Source of the DNA: an uncultured Candidatus Saccharibacteria bacterium
GTDB taxonomy: Bacteria > Patescibacteriota > Minisyncoccia > Phycocordibacterales > UBA12445
Assembly (NCBI GenBank): GCA_964639675.1
Contig: CAZXEK010000046.1
Coordinates: forward strand, 1-41,115
DNA: 41,115 bases
Direction: 5' to 3'
A model generated the notes under the pieces. The model ran no database searches and was not told the origin of the DNA. It saw only the letters and a list, made by a program, of their open reading frames with translations. Position 1 is the first letter of the stretch, and the number at the start of each line of letters is the position of its first letter. Both the position numbers and the translations under genes were made by a program. Shown here piece after piece: positions 33,945 through 41,115 of this stretch.

Positions 33945-36614
33945 ATGTACGGAGTTTTGTTTGCAAAGTCAAGGATTTTAATGTATAGTTTTCGAGTGCA
34001 AAAAGAGTTAAGGTATGAAAAAAGTAATAAAATCATCGTTAAGGGAGCAAGAACTCACAATCTTAAGAATATAACTGTCGAGATACCGCGCGAAAAAATG
34101 ATTGTTTTCACCGGTCTTTCCGGATCGGGAAAATCTTCTCTGGCCTTCGACACTATTTTTGCCGAAGGGCAGCGGCGTTACGTTGAGTCGCTCTCTTCTT
34201 ATGCCAGACAATTCTTGCGCCAGTTTCAGAAGCCAGATGTGGATGAAATTATCGGCCTTTCACCAGCTATATCTATTGATCAGAAGTCTCATTCTTCAAA
34301 CCCACGCTCTACGGTTGCCACCATTACGGAGATCTATGATTATCTAAGAGTTTTTTTTGCCCGTATAGGCATACCTCACTGCTTAATTTGTAATCATGAA
34401 ATTCGAAGACTATCTAACGATGAGATTGTCGATTTTGTTATCGACAAAATTAAAAAACACAATCTAGGTCTGGACCAAATTTCTAGAGTTATGGTTTTTG
34501 CACCTGTTGTGCGTGGCCGCAAGGGGGAATACTATCAACTACTCTATGATCTTTTGGGTAGGGGATACACTCAAGTAAAAATCAACGGTACGATTTATAA
34601 ACTACGTGAACAGATAGTTTTGGATAAAAATATACGACACGACATAGATGTTTTGATCGATGAATTTTCACTTTTGGAAAAAGGAGGTAAGGAAAGTTCT
34701 ATCATTTCCAGGGAGAAAATTATAAAGGATAGACTTAGCGAAGCGATTAGTGTGGCACTTACTTATGCGGACGATACCGTCAAGGTTATCTTCAATATGG
34801 ATCAAGGTAAGGTTGTGCTTTCTGGTCTTGGATCAAAACACGAAGAGATCGCCATGTCCGCAAAATATACCTGTCCAAGAGACGGCTTCTCCTTTATGGA
34901 GATTGAACCAAGACTTTTTTCTTTCAACTCACCGTACGGCGCTTGCGAAGTTTGTCACGGCTTAGGGACTAAGACTTTATTCGGTGAAGATACATGCGAT
35001 GCTTGTGGTGGTAAAAGGCTTCGACCTGAAGCCCTTAATGTTTTGATTGGTGATAAAAATATTGTCGATGTGAGTTCTCTGTCAATTAAAGAGGCCTTTG
35101 ATTTTTTTAGAGATTTAAAATTAACGGAGCGGGAACTTGGTATTTCAGCTATTGTTGTACGCGAAATGGAGAGCCGACTGAAATTCATGCTAGATGTTGG
35201 GCTTGATTATCTATCTTTAGATAGACGAGCTGGTACTTTGTCTGGCGGTGAAGCTCAAAGGATAAGGTTAGCATCTCAACTTGGCTCGAGGCTTGTTGGC
35301 GCTCTTTATGTTTTGGATGAACCAACGGTTGGACTGCATCCAAGAGATAACGAGAGACTAATAAAAACTCTCAAAGATTTACGAGACTTGGGCAATACAA
35401 TTATTGTTGTTGAGCATGACGAGGACACTATTTTTTCTTCTGATTACTTAGTTGACATTGGACCGGGTGCAGGAATACATGGTGGACATGTTGTGGTTTC
35501 CGGGCCGACAGACGAACTTATAACTAATAAGGTTCATAAATCTCTGACCCTCGACTATTTGAGAGGCGATCAAAAGATCATCATACCAGCCAAACGCAGA
35601 GATCGGGAGATGGGATCCTTAAGGGTTGTTGGTGGCAATATCTTTAATATTAAAAATCTGAATATCGAAGTGCCATTAGGAAGATTGGTTTGCCTTACTG
35701 GTGTCTCTGGTTCGGGCAAATCTTCTTTAATGGACGAGATAATTTATAAAAATCTTCATCATAAATTTGAGAGACGTCACAGGGGAGAGGCGTTAAATTG
35801 TAATAATTTTCTTGGAACAGAATATGTCTCAAGGGTTGTATCAATCAATCAATCACCAATTGGCAGGACACCGAGATCGAACCCAGCAACTTATACCGGA
35901 ACCTTTACGCATATTCGAGACATGTTTGCAGAGACAGTCGATGCTAAGGTTAAGGGTTTCAGAGCAAATAGATTTTCTTTTAATGTTAAGGGGGGGCGAT
36001 GTGAGACCTGTGAGGGCAATGGTCAGATCGCTGTCGAGATGCATTTCTTACCGACTGTTTATGTTCCTTGTGATGTCTGTGGTGGAAAAAGGTTTACTAG
36101 AGAGACACTCGAAGTTAAATATAAGAAAAAATCTATTTACGATGTCCTGAGAATGACCGTTGAAGAGGCTTACAAGTTCTTTATAGATATTCCTGCCATA
36201 TCTGATAGGTTGAGAATTTTGGACGAAGTTGGTCTCGGCTATCTAGAGCTAGGACAATCAGCCACCACACTTTCTGGCGGAGAATCCCAAAGAGTTAAGA
36301 TTGCATCGGAGCTCTACAGACCTGACACCTACAAAACTGTCTATCTCTTAGATGAACCGACGATCGGGCTTCATTATGAAGATGTTAAGAATTTAATTGA
36401 GATTTTACAGCGTCTAGTTCGGCATGGTAATACGGTAATTCTAATTGAGCACAATCTCGACGTTGTAAAGTCTGCTGATTATATAGTAGATATGGGTCCA
36501 GAAGGAGGGGATCTAGGTGGTAAGGTAGTAGCATACGGGACACCTGAAGATCTAGCCAAAAATCCCAAGTCTCACACCGGCCACTATCTTAAGAAAGTGT
36601 TGAAGAAAAAGTAA
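33945..36614 (+). CDS. uvrA: Excinuclease ABC subunit A
   Basis: [10 protein letters not shown] and two ABC modules (GLSGSGKSS / [17 protein letters not shown] / LSGGESQR), plus Zn-finger cysteines. The start is ambiguous: ATG 33945 or ATG 33981. Confidence 0.95.
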   Translation: MYGVLFAKSRILMYSFRVQKELRYEKSNKIIVKGARTHNLKNITVEIPREKMIVFTGLSGSGKSSLAFDTIFAEGQRRYVESLSSYARQFLRQFQKPDVDEIIGLSPAISIDQKSHSSNPRSTVATITEIYDYLRVFFARIGIPHCLICNHEIRRLSNDEIVDFVIDKIKKHNLGLDQISRVMVFAPVVRGRKGEYYQLLYDLLGRGYTQVKINGTIYKLREQIVLDKNIRHDIDVLIDEFSLLEKGGKESSIISREKIIKDRLSEAISVALTYADDTVKVIFNMDQGKVVLSGLGSKHEEIAMSAKYTCPRDGFSFMEIEPRLFSFNSPYGACEVCHGLGTKTLFGEDTCDACGGKRLRPEALNVLIGDKNIVDVSSLSIKEAFDFFRDLKLTERELGISAIVVREMESRLKFMLDVGLDYLSLDRRAGTLSGGEAQRIRLASQLGSRLVGALYVLDEPTVGLHPRDNERLIKTLKDLRDLGNTIIVVEHDEDTIFSSDYLVDIGPGAGIHGGHVVVSGPTDELITNKVHKSLTLDYLRGDQKIIIPAKRRDREMGSLRVVGGNIFNIKNLNIEVPLGRLVCLTGVSGSGKSSLMDEIIYKNLHHKFERRHRGEALNCNNFLGTEYVSRVVSINQSPIGRTPRSNPATYTGTFTHIRDMFAETVDAKVKGFRANRFSFNVKGGRCETCEGNGQIAVEMHFLPTVYVPCDVCGGKRFTRETLEVKYKKKSIYDVLRMTVEEAYKFFIDIPAISDRLRILDEVGLGYLELGQSATTLSGGESQRVKIASELYRPDTYKTVYLLDEPTIGLHYEDVKNLIEILQRLVRHGNTVILIEHNLDVVKSADYIVDMGPEGGDLGGKVVAYGTPEDLAKNPKSHTGHYLKKVLKKK

Positions 36615-36703
36615 TATGCTAGAATAGATGAATGAGACAGGACGTTCTTATTACTTGATACTGTCAGAGACGTTCTATTTTATTAAATTTATTCGATAGA
36701 AAA

Positions 36704-37675
36704 ATGTTAACTAGAATTGCAGTATTAAGAGGTGGACCAAGTTCAGAGTATGATGTTTCTTTAAATACTGGCGCTAATGTCTTACGAGCTCTTTCTCTAA
36801 AATATAGGACTAAGGATGTCTTAATCTCTAAGGATGGCCAGTGGTATATGGATGGTTTACAGGTTATGCCAGAGGTGGTATGCCGAACTGTTGATGTTAT
36901 CTTTAATGCTATGCACGGCGAGTTTGGAGAAGATGGTCAGGTTCAACGAATTTTAGATAAATTTAGGGTTCCCTATACTGGTTCAGAGGCGTGGCCATCG
37001 TCAGTAGCGATGAATAAGGCTCTAACTAAATCCTACTTCAAGAAGCATGGTATTAAGACCCCCAATGGCTTACTAGTACACAAGGGTGAAGACTACACAG
37101 AGATGGCTTCATATATATTTCATAAACTGTCTCCGTTATGGTTTGTAAAGCCCAATACAGGAGGATCATCCGTAGGAGCGAGTCTTTGTAGAAATATGCC
37201 AGAACTTATAAATGGACTGAAAGAAGCATTCAAGTACAGCGATGCAGTAGTGGTTGAGGAGTGTATAAAGGGCAGAGAGGCAACGTGCGGTGTCATAGAT
37301 AATTTCCGTAACACTAAGAACTATGCACTTTTTCCTATAGAGATTATAAAACCCAAAGAGAGGGCCTTTTTTGATTATCAATGCAAATACGATGGCACGA
37401 CACAAGAGATCTGCCCCGGTAATTTCTCGATTAAGGAGAAACAAGAGATCCAAAATACTGCCGTTAAAATTCATAAGGCTCTAGGGCTCCGGCACTACTC
37501 ACGCTCTGATTTTATTGTAACTCCTCGGGCTATATATGCGCTTGAGGTTAATACTCTGCCGGGGTTAACCTCAGAATCTCTCTTCCCGAAAGCTATGGCG
37601 GCTGTTGGCTGTAATTATCTAGGTTTTTTAGAGCATCTAATCGAATTGGCCCTAGACAGATCCGTACATTCTTAA
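36704..37675 (+). CDS. ddl: D-alanine--D-alanine ligase
   Basis: IAVLRGGPSSEYDVSL, FNAMHGEFGEDGQVQ, ATP-grasp motifs and EVNTLPGLT. Confidence 0.92.
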   Translation: MLTRIAVLRGGPSSEYDVSLNTGANVLRALSLKYRTKDVLISKDGQWYMDGLQVMPEVVCRTVDVIFNAMHGEFGEDGQVQRILDKFRVPYTGSEAWPSSVAMNKALTKSYFKKHGIKTPNGLLVHKGEDYTEMASYIFHKLSPLWFVKPNTGGSSVGASLCRNMPELINGLKEAFKYSDAVVVEECIKGREATCGVIDNFRNTKNYALFPIEIIKPKERAFFDYQCKYDGTTQEICPGNFSIKEKQEIQNTAVKIHKALGLRHYSRSDFIVTPRAIYALEVNTLPGLTSESLFPKAMAAVGCNYLGFLEHLIELALDRSVHS

Positions 37676-39642
37676 AGGATATTATCGGGATCGACCCTAA
37701 CGACAAATCTTTTGGGAAGCGATTTTAAAATTTCTAATAGATTAGTGTAGGGCGCTCTAGCACTTTCGTCGGTAGGTTTGTCCAAAGTAGTATCGAGGGG
37801 CCACTTCTTTGGATCTACTCGTAATAAAATATTTATTCGTTCTTCATTATTAGTTCTCTCAATAAAGGCATTGAATTTATTTGGCTCGTATTTACTTAGA
37901 AATCTTTCTAGTTCCGTCATCTCTTTATTGGTTATCTCCCTTGGTCCCTCAGCGGTTATTTTTACAAGAACTCTAAAGGGTGGGTAGTTAAACCTCTTTC
38001 TTTCTTTAATCTCTTCTCTATAAAACTCCAACAGATCTCCATTTAGTATGTTCTTAAATATTTTTTCTTCTGGTTTTCTGGTTTGAATAAGAAATCTTTT
38101 TGATGTTTTCAGGCGGAGCCTAGTTAGAAAATTAAAAATGTTTTCATTAATTTTATAATCTGGGATTGAAAATAGAGTATCTATAGATGCAATGACAACA
38201 GTTTCCACCTCTCGATTTAGATAGGTTAAAACCATTTCTGTGCCCAAAAGAAGTGACCCGGGAGTTTCAAGAAATTCGTTGATAATTATTCTAGCCTGCT
38301 TGTAGTTTTTAGCTGTATTACTGTCAACCCTAAAAATTTTTATTTCTGGAAAAATTGACTTAATCTCTTCCTCCACCTTCTCTGTAGTTATTCCCAAAAC
38401 TTTTAGTTTCCACCCTTTACATTTTGTACAAGAAACATTAGTCGAGGATTTTTTACCACATCTATTACAAAAAAAGATATTCTCTTTTTTAGTCTTTTCC
38501 AGCACCATTGGGAGACTACAGTTTGTACATATAATTATCTCTCCACAATCTCCGCAAACCGTTGATGTCCCCAATCCTTTTCTAGCACAAACGATAAGTG
38601 CGTGTTCTTTCTTGTCTACAGAATCTTTGATCGCCTGCTTAACCTTGGGGCTTAAGACAGCCTTCTCTCCAGAACCCTTTCTCATATCTATAAGTTCTTG
38701 ATAGATATCCTTAGGAAATCTATATTTTAGCGGTAATTCTTGCACGAAGGTTCCAACTTTGGCTGCGTAAATATCTTCGATTCTTGGGATTGCATCTCCC
38801 AGAATTAATCTAGCCGATTTTTTCTCTGCTAGTTTCTCGGCAAATTTCCTTATATCTATAAAGGGTCGAGACATCGTTTTGTAAAATTGAGAATTTGATT
38901 TATCAATGATGATTGTTGCAATATTTTCTTTTGGTAAAGACAAAAAGGCTGAAGTGGTTACTAAAAGAATGGGGTGTTTCTCCCTTAAGGCAATTTGCCA
39001 GTTTTCTTTAATGGTCTTTGCTCCAGTTCTACTGTGCATTATAATTGTATACCCCTCTATTCCTTTTTTTAAAATTTCTCCACATTCTTCTGTATCGTGA
39101 ATTGTTGGTAGTATAAAAAAAACAGAATGTTTCTTGGCAAATTCTTCACGTATGAGGCTTTTATAAAAAGAGTACCTTTCTTCATCTGGAAGACCGAGAA
39201 CTGATATTTCAAACCTTTTATTACTTAAATTTACTGGTTCTTCAAGTGAGACTTCTTCTGGGTCAAAATTATATTTTTTCCAATTTTCTAATATCACCTT
39301 GGGCGTCATGAGGCGTATTATTTGACCCGTAGATGATGCGAAATACTCTGCCGTTTCTTTCGCGGTATCTATAAAGTCCCGGAGATAGACCTTATTGGTC
39401 AGGACTCTTTTTATTTTTTTAAAGTTAAATTCGGAAGTCTTCAATTCAGATTTTAAATCTTTTGCTTCATCAATCGAGGTAATTATCCCTAAAACCTCCT
39501 TGTTCTTTAGGGGGATAGTTACCAGCGCCCCGAGAGAAATATCTTTAGTAGTAAAGTAGGTTAGACCCTCGTTAAAGATTGTCTTGGTTATGGGAGCAAC
39601 GGTCACTATTTTGAGGTTATTGTTCATTAGTCTTAAATCCAT
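37672..39642 (-). CDS. priA: PriA-like primosomal protein N' homolog with degenerate helicase motifs
   Basis: Overall PriA architecture, including the Cys-rich Zn cluster (CGDCGEIIICTNC...CNRCG...CTKCKG) and the C-terminal NYPPF motif. Walker A reads GLPDEERYSFY where GVTGSGKTEVY is expected. DEEH reads IIIDKSNSQFYK. Confidence 0.8.
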   Translation of the reverse strand: MDLRLMNNNLKIVTVAPITKTIFNEGLTYFTTKDISLGALVTIPLKNKEVLGIITSIDEAKDLKSELKTSEFNFKKIKRVLTNKVYLRDFIDTAKETAEYFASSTGQIIRLMTPKVILENWKKYNFDPEEVSLEEPVNLSNKRFEISVLGLPDEERYSFYKSLIREEFAKKHSVFFILPTIHDTEECGEILKKGIEGYTIIMHSRTGAKTIKENWQIALREKHPILLVTTSAFLSLPKENIATIIIDKSNSQFYKTMSRPFIDIRKFAEKLAEKKSARLILGDAIPRIEDIYAAKVGTFVQELPLKYRFPKDIYQELIDMRKGSGEKAVLSPKVKQAIKDSVDKKEHALIVCARKGLGTSTVCGDCGEIIICTNCSLPMVLEKTKKENIFFCNRCGKKSSTNVSCTKCKGWKLKVLGITTEKVEEEIKSIFPEIKIFRVDSNTAKNYKQARIIINEFLETPGSLLLGTEMVLTYLNREVETVVIASIDTLFSIPDYKINENIFNFLTRLRLKTSKRFLIQTRKPEEKIFKNILNGDLLEFYREEIKERKRFNYPPFRVLVKITAEGPREITNKEMTELERFLSKYEPNKFNAFIERTNNEERINILLRVDPKKWPLDTTLDKPTDESARAPYTNLLEILKSLPKRFVVRVDPDNIL

Positions 39643-39674
39643 CTTTACAGAAAAACTCCCCTAAGTCTATATCT

Positions 39675-39720
39675 CTAACCATGTTTTATCAGCACAACCG
39701 TGAGGATAAAACATGGTTAG
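39675..39720. repeat. 16-bp-stem hairpin in the divergent priA/mnmA intergenic region
   Basis: CTAACCATGTTTTATC-(14 nt)-GATAAAACATGGTTAG, with perfect arms. Confidence 0.85.
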
Positions 39721-39761
39721 GTATTTGGCAGAAGTGAAACTTTAATGGTAGTCTTTTGACT

Positions 39762-40835
39762 ATGAAAAAGATGGGGAAGGTTTTTATGGCTATGTCTGGT
39801 GGGGTGGACTCCTCCGTTTCAGCCGCCTTATTAAAAGAAGGTGGCTATGATGTCACTGGAGTTTTTATAAAAACTTGGTCACCGGAATGGCAGAATTGCA
39901 CTTGGGAAGAAGAGAGACGAGATGCCATGAGAGTCGCGGCTAAGATTAAGATACGGCTTATAACGCTTGACCTAGAGAAAGAATATAAGGAGGATGTGGT
40001 TGACTATATGATTGCTGAGTATCGGATCGGGCGGGTGCCAAATCCAGATGTGATGTGTAACAAGGTGATCAAGTTTGGGGGATTTTTTAAATTCGCTATT
40101 AAGCAGGGGGCTGATTTTATCGCAACTGGACACTATGCCCAAATAAAAACTGACAACTTAAAAACTCGAGTTTTTAAGTTACTGAAATCTGACAAAGAGA
40201 AGGATCAGACATATTTTTTGTGGACCCTTGGGCAAAAGGAACTTTCACGAACAATTTTCCCCATTGGCCACTTACAAAAGTCAAAGGTAAGGATCTTGGC
40301 CGAGAAATTTGGACTACCAAATGCCCTAAAGAAAGATAGCCAGGGGCTTTGTTTTATGGGTAAAATCAATGTTAAGGACTTTCTCAAACATTATATAAAA
40401 GAAAAGCAAGGTTTGGTCTTAAATAAAAAGGGTGAAAAAATTGGAAAACATGATGGAGCCAGCTTTTATGCCATAGGAGAACGACATGGTTTCGTTATAG
40501 ACAAGAAAGGCCCCAATGATCCTCCATGCTATGTGATTGGTAAAGATATTATCAAAAATATTTTGGTTGTTTCAAACAAAAAAGATAAAGAGGCTTTAAA
40601 AAAGGAGATTATAATAAAAGATGTAAACTGGAATCAAGGGGTTACCCCAGATCTATCAAAAAAATACGAAGCTAGAATTCGTTACCGCCAGGAATTACAA
40701 CCCTGCTGCGTCAAAATAGTTGGTGGGGATTTATATAAAGTGATTTTTGATACTGCTCAAATGGCAGGAGCTCCCGGTCAATCCACCGTTTTTTACTCCA
40801 AGGATATTTGCTTGGGTGGGGGAGTAATTGTATAA
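39762..40835 (+). CDS. mnmA: tRNA-specific 2-thiouridylase MnmA
   Basis: PP-loop MAMSGGVDSSVSA, CNKVIKFG, ATGHYA and DQTYFL motifs. ATG 39762 is preferred over the ORF-track TTG 39756. Confidence 0.93.
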   Translation: MKKMGKVFMAMSGGVDSSVSAALLKEGGYDVTGVFIKTWSPEWQNCTWEEERRDAMRVAAKIKIRLITLDLEKEYKEDVVDYMIAEYRIGRVPNPDVMCNKVIKFGGFFKFAIKQGADFIATGHYAQIKTDNLKTRVFKLLKSDKEKDQTYFLWTLGQKELSRTIFPIGHLQKSKVRILAEKFGLPNALKKDSQGLCFMGKINVKDFLKHYIKEKQGLVLNKKGEKIGKHDGASFYAIGERHGFVIDKKGPNDPPCYVIGKDIIKNILVVSNKKDKEALKKEIIIKDVNWNQGVTPDLSKKYEARIRYRQELQPCCVKIVGGDLYKVIFDTAQMAGAPGQSTVFYSKDICLGGGVIV

Positions 40836-40844
40836 TTAAAAAGC

Positions 40845-41115
40845 ATGAAATCACAGGAGATTAGACAAAGATTCTTAAATTTCTTCGAAAAAAGAGGCCA
40901 TACCATACTACCTTCGGCCTCACTCGTGCCCCTAAATGATCCATCAATCTTGTTTACGACGGCCGGGATGCAACCATTAGTGCCCTATCTTTTGGGGGCC
41001 AAACATCCAGCTGGAAAAAGATTGGTTAATGTCCAGAAGTGTGTACGCACTCAAGATATTGATGAAGTTGGAGACAATACCCACGATACTTTTTTTGAGA
41101 TGCTGGGCAATTGGT
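40845..41115 (+). CDS. alaS: Alanyl-tRNA synthetase, 5' partial (runs off the window)
   Basis: Translation [51 protein letters not shown]...[27 protein letters not shown] matches the conserved AlaRS N-terminus. There is no stop before the window end. Confidence 0.9.
   Translation, partial: MKSQEIRQRFLNFFEKRGHTILPSASLVPLNDPSILFTTAGMQPLVPYLLGAKHPAGKRLVNVQKCVRTQDIDEVGDNTHDTFFEMLGNW

Noticed and set aside
1-41115. Alternative genetic code (UGA as Gly as in Gracilibacteria/Absconditabacteria, or TAA reassignment) as an explanation for the dprA stop
   Set aside because: serS (TGA at 23065-23067) and dus (TGA) end at the expected lengths. TAA ends many conserved genes and is followed by terminators. 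No other conserved gene has internal stops.
1-41115. CRISPR arrays, integrase, transposase, restriction-modification or toxin-antitoxin genes
   Set aside because: There are no regularly spaced direct repeats. No ORF of 60 aa or more in the six-frame track shows integrase (R..H..R..Y), DDE transposase or other mobile or defence signatures that I can recognise.

Overview
AT-rich bacterial chromosomal window. A hand count gives 20/60 G+C in a typical coding stretch. It is densely packed with housekeeping genes, and the gene set looks like a small-genome, probably Patescibacteria/CPR-like organism (inference only). That set includes an O-antigen-ligase/TPR fusion, a membrane-anchored Clp-like ATPase, short UvrC and Rel forms, and mostly SD-less core genes. 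Standard code 11 applies, because TGA and TAA both end conserved proteins at the expected lengths.

Recognisable genes: lepA, murJ, serS, topA, rel, parB, uvrB, uvrA, a short uvrC, ddl, a priA-like gene, mnmA, the alaS 5' end, dus, rplI, rpmA, FtsB- and FtsQ-like division genes, a VIT1/CCC1 transporter and three S41 peptidases. There are four intact tRNAs: Ser-CGA, Glu-UUC, Gly-CCC and Leu-CAA. I found no CRISPR array, integrase or transposase.

The left ~5.6 kb is the only clearly accessory part. It holds:
- tRNA debris (a tRNA-Ser 5' fragment and a T-arm-damaged tRNA-Glu copy);
- an att-like duplication of the tRNA-Glu 3' end, bracketing a ~1.15 kb islet;
- inside that islet, a strikingly GC-rich (~57%) foreign ORF with its own strong SD and terminator;
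- a head-to-head pair of PDZ-less S41 peptidase paralogs sharing a near-identical 77-nt patch;
- a QueF homolog that contains no cysteine at all.

Anomalies elsewhere:
- dprA is interrupted by an in-frame TAA followed directly by ATG.
- The PriA homolog has lost Walker A/B but keeps its Zn cluster.
- The Clp-like ATPase has a dead D1 module and N-terminal TM segments.
- A palindromic motif, TTGGGAGCTGAGCTCCCAA, recurs three times, once inside dus.
- Several long, unique, perfect palindromes lie in intergenic regions, including a 48-bp one upstream of dprA.

No complete, obviously novel multi-gene system can be demonstrated from sequence alone. The strongest candidates are listed as findings.
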